Below are positions 27,862 to 42,170 of a stretch of 124,000 bases of DNA, in pieces. This DNA comes from Octopus vulgaris (Eukaryota): positions 26,060,001-26,184,000 of the forward strand of contig OX597823.1 in the NCBI GenBank assembly GCA_951406725.2, read 5' to 3'. Within the stretch, counting starts at the first letter, position 1. Each line of letters starts with the position of its first letter. The position numbers were made by a program, and so were the translations under genes. The notes beneath the pieces are model-generated. The model made no database searches and was not told where the DNA came from. It saw only the letters and a program-made list of their open reading frames with translations.

Positions 27862-28113
27862 TACATATATATAAATTAGAAAAAAAACCCCACTTTTTAT
27901 CAATTCAATAATGAAAAATTAAATTATACCATTTAGAAAAATTACATATTATAGAAAGATTAAATATAAGATAAAACATATAACGATGATTAAGTAATGT
28001 GCAAAACAATAAATAAAACATATAAATTATATACATATAAATAATAATTTTGGAAGTGTTGGTTGGATATCTGTTGCATGATGTCGCTTGATCGTGTGCA
28101 TATTTAACCCTAG

Positions 28114-28157
28114 CACTTTCAAGTTTTATAATTGGAAATGCTACACTGAAGAGAGAA
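28114..28157 (+). CDS. Candidate exon (44 nt) of unidentified plus-strand gene
   Basis: ccctag| ... gagagaa|gtaagta. Joins in frame with the exon at 32676 in two frames. An alternative acceptor exists at 28123. Confidence 0.35.
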
Positions 28158-28399
28158 GTAAGTAATTAAAACACTTTAATCTCAAAACATGTCTGTGACT
28201 AATTAGAGTCATGTTGATTCATTATTTTTCTCTTTGCCTACGTAAAAAAGTGTGTTACTGTTGTGGAGATTCTTACAGTAGTAGAAAAAGAATTTTTAAC
28301 TCCTATTTCTAAATTCGGTATGCGGTGAAGCAATTAGCTGACCCCAAATTATAATTATGTTTATAATTATAGAACATTTGTATATATTTGTATATAAGG

Positions 28400-28770
28400 C
28401 AGAGGAGTGGCTGTGTGGTAAGTAGCTTGTTTACGAACCACATGGTTTCGGGTTCAGTCCCACTGCGTGGCACCTTGGGCAAGTGTCTTCTACTATAGCC
28501 TCGGGTTGATAAAGCCTTGTGAGTGGATTTGGTAGACGGAAACTGAAAGAAGCTCGTCGTATATATGTATATATATATATGTGTGTGTGTCCGTGTTTGC
28601 CCCCCCCCCCCATCGCTTGACAACCGTAACTTACCGGTTCGGCAAAAGCGACTGATAGAATAAGTACTAGGCTTACAAAGAATAAGTCCGGGGGTCGATT
28701 CACTTGACTAAAGGCAGTGCTCCAGCATGGCCACAGTCAAATAACTGAAACAAGTAAAATAGTAAAAATA
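28400..28770 (+). mobile_element. tRNA-derived SINE family 1 (representative)
   Basis: ggagtggctgtgtggtaag head, ccttgggcaagtgtcttctactatagcc core, internal (TA)n(TG)n, tail gaaacaagtaaaa. Other copies at about 1290, 12400, 19360, 62825, 63520, 68450, 74270, 114890 and 123520. Confidence 0.8.
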
Positions 28771-29089
28771 GTATATACAAATATATAAAAACACTATGCT
28801 CATTATTATATTAGAAGATTGAAGAAATTAGAGTCATTATGCAAACTAACAGTTGCATAATCAAATAGCTGTATTCTTGGAGAACTATGTTGCATTGAAA
28901 CAACTGTAATGAATAATAAATAAATGTCTAATTGTACTTCTTCTTGACTCCAATTTCTTCAATTTTACATTCACACACAATGAATGCCTAAACTTGGAAG
29001 TATATAATAATACTACCGATAGTACTGGGCAATTCTGATGGTGAATGAGCTTTATACTGTATTCTACCATGTTCCTAACAGAATATAAC

Positions 29090-29430
29090 ATAACTATATA
29101 TATATATATATCTTATATTAACTTTTTAATACTTTTTGATAGTTATATATATTTAAATTTTTTTTAAATGTTTAAAAAATTTTAATTTTAAAAGTTTAAA
29201 AAATTTTTAATTTATTGATTTAAATTTTTAAAATATTTAAAACAATATAAAAATTTATAAATATAAATTAATAATTTTAAATTTAAATAATTTAAATTTT
29301 GAATTTTATATTTTATATATTTTGTATATTATATTAATTATTTTTATTTTTATGTTTTGGTTTATGTTTTTCACTGTTTGATTTGCATAATAGTGGTTTT
29401 ATCTCTAATATAATTTATATATATATATAC
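29090..29430. repeat. Extremely AT-rich low-complexity tract
   Basis: Almost no G or C; iterated tttaaa motifs. Confidence 0.8.
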
Positions 29431-31624
29431 TTGAAGTGTACAATATTACATATCCATTATAGCCAACCTTACCAACTGGTTTCACACTAGGAGTTCAGTG
29501 AAGCGTTAGGTAATAGTCCGATTATGTAACCCTGTGCTCTTCAGTGATGGTAGTTATGGAATACAATATGGCAACTGGTCTCTATTGTTGGAGGTGAGCA
29601 GAAACATGTGGCTGGTGGTTGCTGTGAAAAAGACAATGAAATGAACAGAACAAGAGTTATGTCCCTTGGTACCAAAATGCTATCTCTGGAGGTGTTGCAA
29701 GGTGACAAGACTTTCCTGGAAAAGAGTGTATGGAATGTGTACAGTGGTATTATATGTGCAGCATCTTGGGGGTGGGGTGGGGGACCAAAGGCTGCATACA
29801 CATTTGTGTTTGATTCTGTAGTTTTTCTTTTATGTTTTCAAGGTTGAGTCTCTCTAAGAAGATGATGAAGAACAGCAATGTTTGGGGACTCGTGACCCAG
29901 GAGAAGCTCCTCTGACTTAAGCAAACATAATCAAACAGATGTCGAAAAAAGTAGTATTGATGCAACCTGGGATGTATAATATGTCTACATTTGTGTCTCC
30001 CCACAATTTGTGTGTGTGTGTGTGTGTGTCTCTCTCTATTTCTCTCTTACCTGCAGACTTGTAGATACAAAGATACAATCACTGTCCTCTTCCACTATTC
30101 CCTTCGCTTCCACCCTTTCACTCTAATCACTGTATCTTTCCCATCACTGTCTCTCTTCTTTCACCCTCTCACCATGGTTCTTTTTCTGGGACCACCCAGT
30201 CTTGTATTTACTCTCTTGATCACGATGCCTTAAACAAATAAAACAATACATATATAATGCAGAAAGTCTTTAATTGCAGCATCAAAAACAGCAAAGTTGC
30301 CTTTCACTGGTCTTTTGCAAGACAACCTCACTTGTGTTATTGTCACAATAAAGTACATTCAGCATGTACTCTAAGGTGGTTAGTGAATGAATGGATACAG
30401 TGTGGGATTAAGAAGAACCATTTAGTCTCAACATGAACATGATGACCTCTCTAGTACTATGTGTCACATGATAAAATACACCCACTTAACTTTTTAAAGT
30501 GGTTGGTGTTATGAAGGGCTTTAGAAAATATGCCAAAATTGGAATATACAAGTGAGATATGGTCACCATGAGTAAGTCACATGTTTCTTCTTCTCCCAAA
30601 CTGGCTGGCTGACAAACAGGTTCTTCACACTTTGTTAAGTGGTTGGCATTAGGAAGGGCATCCAGCGGTAGAAACCATGCTACAACAGACAACTGGAGTT
30701 TGGACAGCTCCCTGGCTGGCCAGCTCTATGTCAAACCGTCCAACCCATGCCAGTACGGAAAGTGGACATTAAACGATGATGATGAAGGGTTAGCAGTAGG
30801 GAGGTGTATTCTATTATAATATATTCTATTATTTGTTCATTACTGTTCAAATGTCAAAATTTGCAAAGACTGTTCCAGACATGATAGCAGAAAATTTAAT
30901 GAAAAAGCAATTTTTTAAAAATCAATATATAATTGAATAATTTTTCAAAATCCATTTTGTCTGTTCAATCATAGAAAAATTGGAATATACATTAAAAAAA
31001 AAATGCATCATGTAAACATGATTTTTTTCTTTTACTAAATTGAAGGAGATGGATCTCTAATCAAATTTTTGTAGTGGATTTAATGATGTAGAAAGTACTA
31101 AGATTGCAGTGGAGATCAATGGCAGAGGTGGTAGGACATAAGAACTAAATGCTAAACAGTATTTTGTTTTGTTCTTCAATGTTCTGAATTCAAATATTGT
31201 CAAGCTGTCTTCACAATTCATCTTACTTCAATTAAATACCATTCATTTACTGGGGTTGATTCAATTAACTGCATATCTCTTCTACAAGTTTGTAGCCTGG
31301 TGCTAATGTTTTATAATTGATGATAATTGAGAATGATGGGTGTGTCAATTAAAGAATGGTGAATGGTAGGCGTTGAAGAATAAAACTCTTCTATCAATTA
31401 CTAAACACTGGAAAACAAAATAGTTTAATCATATATTACAACACTATAATACCCTACAAACAGATATAGCAAGCCAGATCTCACTCAAATTTCACCCTCA
31501 TTTCTTAAAAAGGACAAATTAGATTATGTATTTCAAGATAACCTATGCCTGAAAAGTGATTGGGTGATCAAGGCTAGAATGCTTATTTTATTTTTGCTCA
31601 CTCAGGGTTATCTTAGGGTTAAAC

Positions 31625-31935
31625 CAGTGGTTCTCAAACTTTTTGGGGCTGCCACACCCTTGATACCCAGGCCACATTCCTAGTGGCCCCACCTCAACTA
31701 ATCATCACAAACACAGACCCATTTCTGAAGCAAATTCAAAGCAACTGTATTTAACAAATAAAACTTAACCTAATTAATGAACCCATTATTTTGTTTTTAC
31801 GTGAATTGCTACCCCATAATCACCCCACTTTTTACATGAATCACTACCCCATTATCGCCGCACTTTTCTTTAGCACCCCTTTGGAACTTTCCACCACCCT
31901 CAGGGAGGCAATATCACCCACTTTGGGAACCACTG
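31625..31935. mobile_element. hAT-type MITE
   Basis: cagtggtt TIRs. TSD g(g/t)ttaaac. Confidence 0.75.
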
Positions 31936-32675
31936 GTTTAAACATTGACAGCAATAACAGTAACAACAATCTCTTGCTAATATGGTCAGCCATGAACAAA
32001 CAACCACTGAAAGAGTTCTAGGAAGATCGTAAAGGTTGTGGCTGAGCAACAGTAAGAAATGTACTGAGGAGACGACAACGGAAAACATTCATAGAAAAGT
32101 TTTATTCTTCGAAGTCTACAATTCATCATCCTTTAATTGACACACCCATCATTCTCAATTATCATCAAATATAAAACATTAGCACCAGGCTACAAACTTG
32201 TAGAAGAGATGAGCAGTTAACTAAATCAACCCCAGAATATGAATGATATTTAATTGAAAGGAGATGAATAGTGAAGATAACAAAATTGATGACTGGGATA
32301 GATGAAAGGAGAAGGTTGTGCCTCTTGTTGTGAGCTAATGGATTTTGATTGCCTTGGTAGCAAAATTAACATAGAGTTGGACAAAATGTCTTGCCAATAC
32401 TATTTTTTAGAGCTCTTTCACATTCTGTGGTCAAATTCTTCCACATTAGACTTTGCCTTTTATTCTTCAAAGGTTGATGAAATAACCGCCTTACAAACAC
32501 TTTAGGTGAATGGCTATACCACTCGCCCAAATTTCTGTTAATTTTATCACAAGATCAACTCATCATCTTCCTTTGGAAAGAAAAATGGGTAGTTTTCATC
32601 TCTAGTGGGTGCAATGAAAGAAATTGTGAGGTGGACAAGGTTGAAATGCTTGAGGATAGATATTTTCTTTCTCAG

Positions 32676-32719
32676 GCCAAATCCTCATCAACTTTTTCAA
32701 ATATCATTCAAAGGAGAAG
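32676..32719 (+). CDS. Internal exon (44 nt) of unidentified plus-strand gene
   Basis: Strong acceptor tattttctttctcag| and donor aag|gtaagt in unique sequence. Reads AKSSSTFSNIIQRR or QILINFFKYHSKEK. Confidence 0.6.
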
Positions 32720-34689
32720 GTAAGTGTAGACTGAGAGATACTGATCTTTAGTGTATTTTATGAAGTTTATGGTGAGTGAGAGTGGCAAAACTGCCATGGT
32801 TAAATGAACTTACACCATTTGCTTGCAGACAGGTGGCAAAACTGGGATAAAGCACTGGCCTTTGTGATCCAGGTTGAATCACCATTAGTGGACGCCCATC
32901 CTTCTTTTAAAGGGTTTTTCTTGTCTTTATTTTGCTGTTCTGTGCTGTTAGTCTTGTTAGTGTTGTTCAGTGCTCTTATTTAATACCTATTTATGTATGT
33001 TTTCACTGTATTTGTTGATCATATTTTTTTTACTTATGTAAACTTACCACTATTTCTCGTTTCTCTCTTTTTTTTTTTTGTATTTTACCTTGGCACTATC
33101 CCAACGTCTTCAGTCTTTGTGGCCACTGAAGTCGTCGTCATCATCATCATTATCATCATTATCCATTATTCAGAAGAAAATGGAATCAATAGTTCCAGAC
33201 AAAATTTTGTAATATTCAATTTATCTCCCTTTACGTTCTTGGTTCAAATCCCGCTGGAGTTGAATTTTCCTTTGATCTTTCTAGGGCCAATAAGGCAAAT
33301 ACATATCAAGTTCTCAGTTTTGATTCAATCTACTTAAACCTCCTTTAAAACTATATAGCATTATGTCAATATCAGAAATCATTACAGAGTAAAAAATCGT
33401 AGCAATTGTTATAGTTAATGTTGGCAGATGTTTAGGGAGTGTTAGCATCACCTTGTAACTTGAGTAAAATGAATTTTCGGAGAATTTGATATAGAATTTC
33501 TGGTTTAGTATTTCATCTATTTATATATAAATCTAAAAGAGTTATATGTCGCTGTGGGATCTCATGCACCATTGGACTGTCAGTGATACATTCTGCTGAG
33601 GGATGCACACCACAAACAGCTTTTTGACTTGTACTGTTTCTCAGTATTTATAATATATAGAAACAGTATAAGCTAACGAGGGAGCATCTACATAGTCATT
33701 CAGCTTGCTAGAAATAGCAGTCAAATCTCTTTCAAATTACATTTTGTCTTAAAAATAGGATACATTTGATAATGTTGTCCTGGGTTCACTGTATATAGGA
33801 AAAGGACAGGATGATCACAGCTAGAGTGTCTTTGGTCAAAGTCTGCTTGATCAGGACTGCTATATCGTAACCCATACAAAATAATAACAGCATCAATAAC
33901 TTGATTAGTTTCAAACACTGTGCTGGGGTGTACATCATCAGTAATAAGTACAAAAGCACAAAACTGTTTTGAGTGAATCCACCTTATCTACTTCTGCTGT
34001 TACTCTACCTGCTAGAAAGAGCAGTTAAATTTCCTACAAATTACATGCTACCATCTTAAAAAAGGAAGAGCATTAGAGAATGCACATGAGACAACATTGG
34101 GATGTTCATGACTGAAATGCTTTTGATTGTAGGTGTGCTCAGTCTGGGCTGAACTGAAGGTAAATTGCTACAACTGGACATATACTGGACAAACAACAAA
34201 TAACAACAACAACAAACTTATACACTGCATAATGTAGAAACCATGCTTTTAGTCTGAAATAAAGATGGGATGATCACAGCTGGATTGTATTTGATCACAG
34301 ATCTGCTTAGTCAGGCTTGGTCTGAACTAAACTACAACAGCCATAGACAAGTTTTGGATAATGTAGTTCTGAACACACTGTCACTGAAAGACAAAAAAAA
34401 AAAAGTGGGATGGTCATGGAAGGAACAATTACGATTTTCATCATGTGTTTGTTAGATCAGGGCTGATGGAGGGAGAGGTGGGGGGTGCTAACAAAGAAAC
34501 ACTGAGTGGGAGTGGTGGAAAATAGGCAACATGCTTCAAATGTCACGTTGTACTTCTTAATGATAACAACTGCATGTCTAAGTGGTTGCCAACAATGCAG
34601 AGGCATTGTATATTGAGAGTTACAGAATCTGTGAATCCCTCTCAGTTGTCTCACCAGCAACTTAATGCACTATGATGATATATATATAT

Positions 34690-35110
34690 ATACAAGGTGT
34701 AATGGGTAAATTGTTGTCATTTTATATTTTTAATTTCGTTCATGCACATTGATTGTTTTTGATTTTGTTGACTACACAGTATAGTAGGGTCAGTTGGGCA
34801 CCATCTGTGAGAAAAACAGCACCATGACGCAATTCACTCTGCCATAAATTTGGAAATGACATACTGTACTGCTTGGCATTTGTGCTGGAAGCTTCAATAC
34901 GAACATTTCAATGTGTTTGGGGATCAATCTGAGGACATGTACCGAGAGTGATAAAAATGAAACATCCAGTCAATATCATGGTGTTTGGAGTGATCACTAG
35001 CAATGGCAACATTATGCCTCCATTCATCTTCCCACATGGCCTCACACTCAACATGGAGGCCTACATCAAGTGCCCGGAAGAGGCAGTGCTGCCCTGGTTC
35101 AAGAGGGTGG
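34690..35110 (+). mobile_element. IS630-Tc1-mariner (DD37D/maT-like) deleted fragment
   Basis: KHPVNIMVFGVITSNGNIMPPFIFPHGLTLNMEAYIKC. Starts at ta|caagg. Confidence 0.6.
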
Positions 35111-35730
35111 CACTCAGGTGCACTACAACTCATCAGAAAAAATAACTAAAAGTACATGAAAAGTACACAGAATAGAATAGAATAAGTCATTAAAAAGAAA
35201 AGAGGGAGCAGGGACATTAGGTGTACTGCTGGAAAATTTCAGGAAGCATGGAAATTTTGAAGGATGTAGTGTTCTGACAATCAACCACTGATATAGGTAA
35301 TCTAATCTATACTTCAGCAATTCTGAACATGAAAAAGTGTTTCCAAAAGTCATGTGAGTTATGTTTTTTTTTTGATTTTGTAAGAATGTCCATGAGTAAA
35401 CATGCTTACAAAATCAAAAAAGTGCCCAAGATTATTGTTAGAAGGATGGTGGATAATCTTGTTGGGGTCCATGAAATCAGATGCCAGATGGTGGAGAGTC
35501 AATGTGTCCATACCCAGGGAAGCAATACATTCAGAGTATGGTAGATGCCTGATGGTGGGATTCATCTAGTTGCACGTTTCTGAATAGTTTCCAGGAGACT
35601 GCTATGCTGAGAAAGATAGGGCTTCCAGACTGGTGATGCAAACATTAAGTGCAGATGTACCATAGCCATATACAGCTTTAAATAAATAGCTGGAGAGTGG
35701 CTGACCAAGATCTTACTTCAGCATTCTTGA

Positions 35731-35769
<39 letters not shown>

Positions 35770-35786
<17 letters not shown>

Positions 35787-36109
35787 ATTGGCATGCTGTC
35801 ACTTAGGACGACATGGGTTCCAGCTGATCCAATCAACAGAACAGCTTGCTCATGAGATTAACATGCAAGTGGCTGAGCACTCCACAGACATGTGTAGCCA
35901 TTCACATACTTCTCAGAGAGATTTAGCATGACACAGAGTGTGACAAGGCTAGCCCCTTGAAATACAGGTACTACTCACTTTTGCCAGCTGAGTGGACTGG
36001 AGCACCGTGAAATAAAGTGTCTTGCTCAAGGACACAATGCACTGCCAAGAATCGAACTTGTGACCCTACAATCATGAGCCAAATACCCTAACCACTAGGT
36101 GACATGCCT

Positions 36110-36110
<1 letters not shown>
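35770..36110 (-). mobile_element. tRNA-derived SINE family 4
   Basis: Reverse complement has a tRNA-like head followed by gtgtccttgagcaagacactttatttcac. A related head is at about 122920-123080. Confidence 0.65.
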
Positions 36111-36144
<34 letters not shown>

Positions 36145-36245
36145 CAATCAAAATCACCCCATTTTGAATTATATGGATAATACCATACTAAATTCTGTGC
36201 CTTTAACTTAAGTACCATATTCAACTGAATCTAAATTTTACTGAA

Positions 36246-36295
<50 letters not shown>

Positions 36296-36299
36296 CATA

Positions 36300-37979
36300 C
36301 AGGGATTGGACCAAATAATGGAAACACCTAGCATCATAATTTTGAAATATCTATAAAACCATCAAAAGCTTGTTTATTTTTATGTTTTCTGATTTATTAT
36401 TAGTGTTGCTTAATATGTTTTGCTAACATTGCTGTTTCTTTTCAGATATCATCAGAAAAAGGTAATTAAAATTCATTAAAATGACAGATCTATCGGACTT
36501 TCAAAGAGGTCAAATTGTTGGTGCTCGTATGGCAGGTGCTAGCATAACGAAAACAGCTGAAATGTTTGGTGTATCAAGAAGTACTGTCTCAAAAGTAATG
36601 ACAGCCTTTGAGAAAGTGGGAAAAACCTCCTTGTCAAAACAAAACTCTGGAAGAAAACCAAAACTTTCAGATAGGGATTGTTGGATTCTTACGCGAATCA
36701 TTAGAAAGGATCACAAAAGTACAGCTCCCAAAATTACTGCTTGTACTTGTACTTGTACTTACATTCACCCTGGGCGGGTTGAATCGGCTTCTTCTACCAC
36801 CCTCGAGGCATCTTGAACTATGGCAGTGGAAGAAATTTCGTGGGAATATGAATTTCACAAGCAGTCCCCAACAATCCCGCATGTAGAGACATCCTGTTTG
36901 CTGCAGATTGTCCGCAGATGCAGGGACAGAACGACCAAGGAGCCACCGGTTGCTGAAACAGACACTCCGAGGATTTTCACCAGAGCCCCGTCTGCCGGGT
37001 TGTGGACCTAATACCACTCGGTGTCAGACCAATCCGCCTTGGGTGGCCCAACCAGGAACCGAAGTTCCTGACGGCATAGCTCTGACACTACCCGTTGCCA
37101 GCGTCCCCACCACGGTGAGGAGGGGATGGGCAAAATTACTGCAGAGCTTAATGACCACTTTGAGAACCCAGTTTCCTCAAAAACTGTTGGCCAGGAGCTG
37201 CACAGAGCCAGATTTCATGGGAGGGCTGCAATCAGAAAACCACTACTTTCAAAAACAAACGTTGCAATGCATTTAGAGTGGAGTAAAAACCTACAGAATT
37301 GGTCCCTAGAGCAGTGGAAGAATGTTATTTTTTTGGACAAGTCATCCTTTACCTTATTTCCAAACACTGACCGAGTATACATGTGGAAACAGCCAAAAGA
37401 AGCATTTGACCCAGACTACCTTCTTCCAACTGTTAAACATGGAGGAGGATCTGTGGTGATCTGGAGGGGGGGGGGGGGCTATATCTTGGAAATCCGCTGG
37501 CCCAATAGTTTCCCTTCATGGCAGAATTAATAGTCAAGTCTATTTAAGCATTTTATCTGATCAAATTCATCCTATGGTTGTGGAACTGTTTCCAGAGGGA
37601 AATGCAATCTTTCAAGATGATTGATAATGTACCAATTCACACAACTAAAGTTGTTATTGAATGGCATGAGGAATATTCTAGTGAAGTTGAACATTTTATC
37701 TGGCCACCACAGTCCCCAGATCTCAATATTATTGAACATTTATGGTAAATTTTAGAAAAACAAGTAAGGAGTCGATATTCTCCACCATCATCACTACAAG
37801 AACTGGAGACTGTTTTAGTTGAAGAATGGACAAAAATTCTTTTGGAAACAATTCAAACTTTGTACGAATTCATACCTTGTAGAATTCAAGCTGTAATTAT
37901 TGCCAAAGGTGGTCCTACCCCATATTAAAATTAATTTGTTTGAAATTTTAAGGTGTTTCCATTATTTTGTCCAACCACA

Positions 37980-37980
<1 letters not shown>
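36300..37980 (+). mobile_element. Tc1-like DNA transposon, transposase disrupted
   Basis: TIRs cagggattggaccaaataatggaaacacct and aggtgtttccattattttgtccaaccacag, flanked by TA. Transposase MTDLSDFQRGQIVGARMAG..WPPQSPDLNIIEHLW is split by an insertion. Confidence 0.9.
36741..37130 (-). mobile_element. 390-bp non-autonomous RTE-type retroelement with 12-bp TSD
   Basis: TSD caaaattactgc at 36729-36740 and 37131-37142. (CAAGTA)n tail on the minus strand; GC-rich; no TE ORF recognised. Confidence 0.8.
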
Positions 37981-38013
<33 letters not shown>

Positions 38014-41000
38014 ACTTGGTCTACTGTACTACTGTACAATACTCCTACCTTTTTATAAATAGCCATAGTTCCTACAGCAAACTTGACCCTCATCTTTAAT
38101 CCAGGACAACTTTCCAGTCTTATCATAATCTCTTCAAAAATTATTCAGATCTTAATCCGCTACATACTAAGCTATCTCTACTATATTTTCACTAAAACTT
38201 TACGATAAAACACACAACAATCTATTTCCTATACCACATACACATCTATCATAGCTGGAAAATTTCCTTAAAATAAAGCAAAAATCCCACTTTCCTTAAA
38301 GAAAACGAAGAAACTCACTTTCAATTTTTTTCTTAAATTCTTACTAAATAATGTTTTCTAATTGTTAGGGGTCTTCGTAATACAATTGAAAATTTTGCCT
38401 CCTGTTGGTGACTAAAGGGAGAATAGTGTTTAAGGCAACCAAATGGTCTGCTGTAGCCATCGTCTTCAAACAACCCAAGTATACATGAGTTGCCTCCCAT
38501 AATTACAAACCTCATCTTACCTTTGCCAAATTTTTTCCATAACAACGTCATATTTTCAAAATGAAACCAGACGTAAGTTCTAGTTCTTCAGACAAAAAAC
38601 CTGAAATATGGACAAGTTAGAATGTTAGCCATACATTGACATGACACGAAAACCCTACATCTTAAAATTTTTAATAATGAAAGTTACAATTTAGTAATTC
38701 TCATTTCAAATGTATCAAAAATGTTTGAGATGTTTATGAATAAAAATTTTTTGTTTGGATCATTATGATTCGCAGATCTTTCTTAGCTTCAACTAAAACA
38801 GGTTCTGAAAATTCAGCATTAGTTGTAACAGTGAATAACATTTTGGTAGGGGTGAGTGGGGGAAAATGAGTAACTTCTTTGACAGGAATCTTGGCAGGCA
38901 GGAGCTTGCACCAGATTTCAGTGTCTATTTTTGGCACGGTTTTTATAGCTAGATGCCCTTCCTAACACCAACAACCCAGCAGAGTGGACATAAGTTTTCT
39001 AATGTAGTGAGTATTTGTAAAAAAAAATATTTTGTCTCAAAGTGAAAAATGCAGTAAAAACACCCCATAGACTCCATATTAAATATCTCTATAGTATAGA
39101 GATATTTAAAAGAAAATATATAGCTCTAAATATAAGAAAATTTTTGATTGGGTGTGATAATGCGGTGGGGTGGGGTGGGGCTGGTGTTTCCACTAAAAGT
39201 CTTGGAGACTCTCTTTTAAATTTGGTCTCAACAGCTTGACAAGTGATGTGGAATGAAAAAAGCAAGAAACATCAATAAATTTTTCAATAAGTAAATAAAC
39301 ATTTAAAGATATTTCTATATTTAATTACAATATATGAAGTGAGATTAATGTGTGGAATATTATTTTGAGATTTATTTTCAAGTTTGAGCCCATATTTATC
39401 TGCAATTATCTCGTACTTTTATGAATAGATATTGTTTCCTTGCATATAAGCAGTAATTATATGGTTTTGATAAATATTGGTTTTTAAACATAGTCTCTAT
39501 AATTCGTTTTTAATGGTAGAACTTGCAATAGATAAAGCTATAAATGATAGCGTGTAAACATTGAGTTAAAAGCCCCTTTTCATAAAAGAAGTCAAAGGCT
39601 ACTCAAACTCACATCTGTCAGCATAAGTCTTGGATCTTTACTTTTTGACCTACAGATTTAAAAAAACATTTTTTGTAAATAAACACTTTCAAACTTCGGA
39701 CACTGGTAGAATGTGTCATATAAAATATCTTTTACCTTAGCATTTTTGAGAAAAACTTATATTTACGAAATAATTTCATGTTAAAGTAGTCCTAGGATCT
39801 TTATATTTTAAGGGGGAACAGAGTAAATAGGAAGTTGTGACGTTTATTCTTTTCTCTAGGAAATTAAATTGGTGGCACGATATGTGAAATAGCCAATAAA
39901 ACAGAGTTCAAGGAATTTGACCCAAAACGTCAGCACTTTTCTCTACCTCTTCCTCATGGAATAGGAGTTTATCTAAATTTAAGAACGTCATTAACATAAC
40001 TCGATAAATTCAATGAGAAAGCCTGTAATGAGTTGCTCAACCTGCTAAAAAAAGTAGTCGAATCTTAACCTACTACTTTAAAAAGAGACACATTACATAA
40101 GTCACTCCTAGATACACAATGTCTGAAAAGATGGAATGGTCACGGTTAGAGCTCATTGATATATGAGGTTTGCATGATCAAGACTGATTAAGAATTACAC
40201 AAGAGAATCTTTACACGGTCGCTTGACCTGCTAGAAATAGTGTCAAAATCTTCTATTATATTCTACAATTTTAAATAAAAGGAAAGACACAAGATAATGA
40301 AGACCAGGATACAATGTTCGAATAAAAAGATGGGATGATCATGGTTGTGTCTTTGACAATATATTGCCATGGAGTTGAAAAACATCTGATAGGGAACTCA
40401 ATTCAAAGAAGTTCACCTCGTTTCGATATCTGAATATTATTTCCAAGCAAAAGAAAGAAATTCCACAGATCTACAAGTCAAACGTCAAATAAATTATGGT
40501 ACTATGAAACATAAGATTTTCAGTTGTCAAACAGTTACCAGGAAAAACTGATAAAGGATTAGACCATTATAATGATAATAATTAGTGGAAATTGTAAAGT
40601 CTAAACATGAGAACGTAATTTTATTGTTCTTTAACAACAATAAAATTACGGAAAGGGAAGTAACTCTTGGACTCGTATGTTTAATTTCTTTTGCTGGTAC
40701 AGGTCCATTTCTGTCTGTCTTTCAGTGTCTTTGTCTGTCTGTCTGTCTGTCTCTTTCTCTCTCTCTCTCTTCCTCCGCACGCGCACGTGTGGTTATGTGG
40801 TAAGAATCTTGCTTCCCAACTACATGGTTCCAAGTTCAGTCCCACTGCGTGGAATCTTGTGCAAGTGTCTTATACCACAGCCCCAGAATGACCAAAGCCT
40901 TTTGGTCATTCTGCAGAAGACACTTGCCCAAGGTGCTATGTGGTGCGATTGAACCTGGAACCATGTGGTTGGGAAACAAACTTCTCATCACACAGCCACG

Positions 41001-41273
41001 AAATTCTTGGACAATGAGTCACTCTGTTACTTCTACTAAATATTAATAATAATAATAATATATATATATATATCATCATCATCATCATCATCATCATCAT
41101 GTAAAGTCTGCCTTCCATGCTGGCATGATTGGGACGGTTTGACAAGAGACTTCTGTGACTGTTTTGGCAGCATTTTTACAGCTGGATGCCCTTCCTTATG
41201 CCAACCACTTTACAATGTGGACTGGATGCTTTTTAAGTAACACCTGCACTGACAGGGTTACCATATATATATA

Positions 41274-41326
<53 letters not shown>

Positions 41327-41327
<1 letters not shown>

Positions 41328-41980
41328 AAGGGAAAGATGGCTAAAAGGGAAAGATGGCTGCTTATAAATGCCAAAACCTTCCCTGGCGAAGAATGTACCC
41401 CACAACATAGACTGGTAGTTAGTGACTTCAGGATCAGGGCTAAATGGATGCCCAGAAGACGACCAGCAAGGAGAAGAAGGGTCTGGAGACTTAAAGATCC
41501 GGCAAACAGACAGAGATTTAGAGGCATATTAACTGAAGCCTTTGACGAAAAAGTAGGGGATATAGCTTCACATGATATAGAAGACAACTGGAGGTTTCTA
41601 CAAGACAACCTGCTAAGAGCCACTGACCAGATCTGTGGTTGGTGCAAGGTCCCCTCTAGACCCAAAATAATGTGGTGGTCGAACAATGTTGTTGACATGG
41701 CTATTAGAGAAAAGAAACAAGCTTGGAAGGACTGGAAGAACGGTGGTAGCAGGGAATTGTATCAGACTGCCAGAAGGGAAGCTAGGAGGCAGGTTTATTT
41801 AGCCAGAGGGAAAGCAGATAAAAAAAATTTGCCAATGTTCTGCGCCATGAGGACCAAAGACTTGAGGTATTTCGTGTTGCAAGACAGTGTGTGAGAGAGA
41901 ATTGTGATATTTTAGGAGAGAAATGTGTTCGCATGGATGATGGCTCACCTGCGCTGAATGAGGATGCAAAGAGAGAGGTT
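41327..41980 (+). mobile_element. RTE LINE fragment (end of APE domain/linker)
   Basis: ORF 41337-41894: NAKTFPGEECTPQHRLVVSDF..WWSNNVVDMAIREKKQAWKDWK. Confidence 0.8.
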
Positions 41981-42170
41981 TAAGTGATGGTGGTGGTGGG
42001 GTAAACACAGATACTGAGATACACTTACCTCCTCACACACACACATAAACACACACACACATATAGGACAGGCTTCTTTAAATTTCCTTCTTTACGTTTT
42101 ATATATAAATATAAAATTATTGCACACACACATATATAACATCATGATTATATACATATATACACACACA

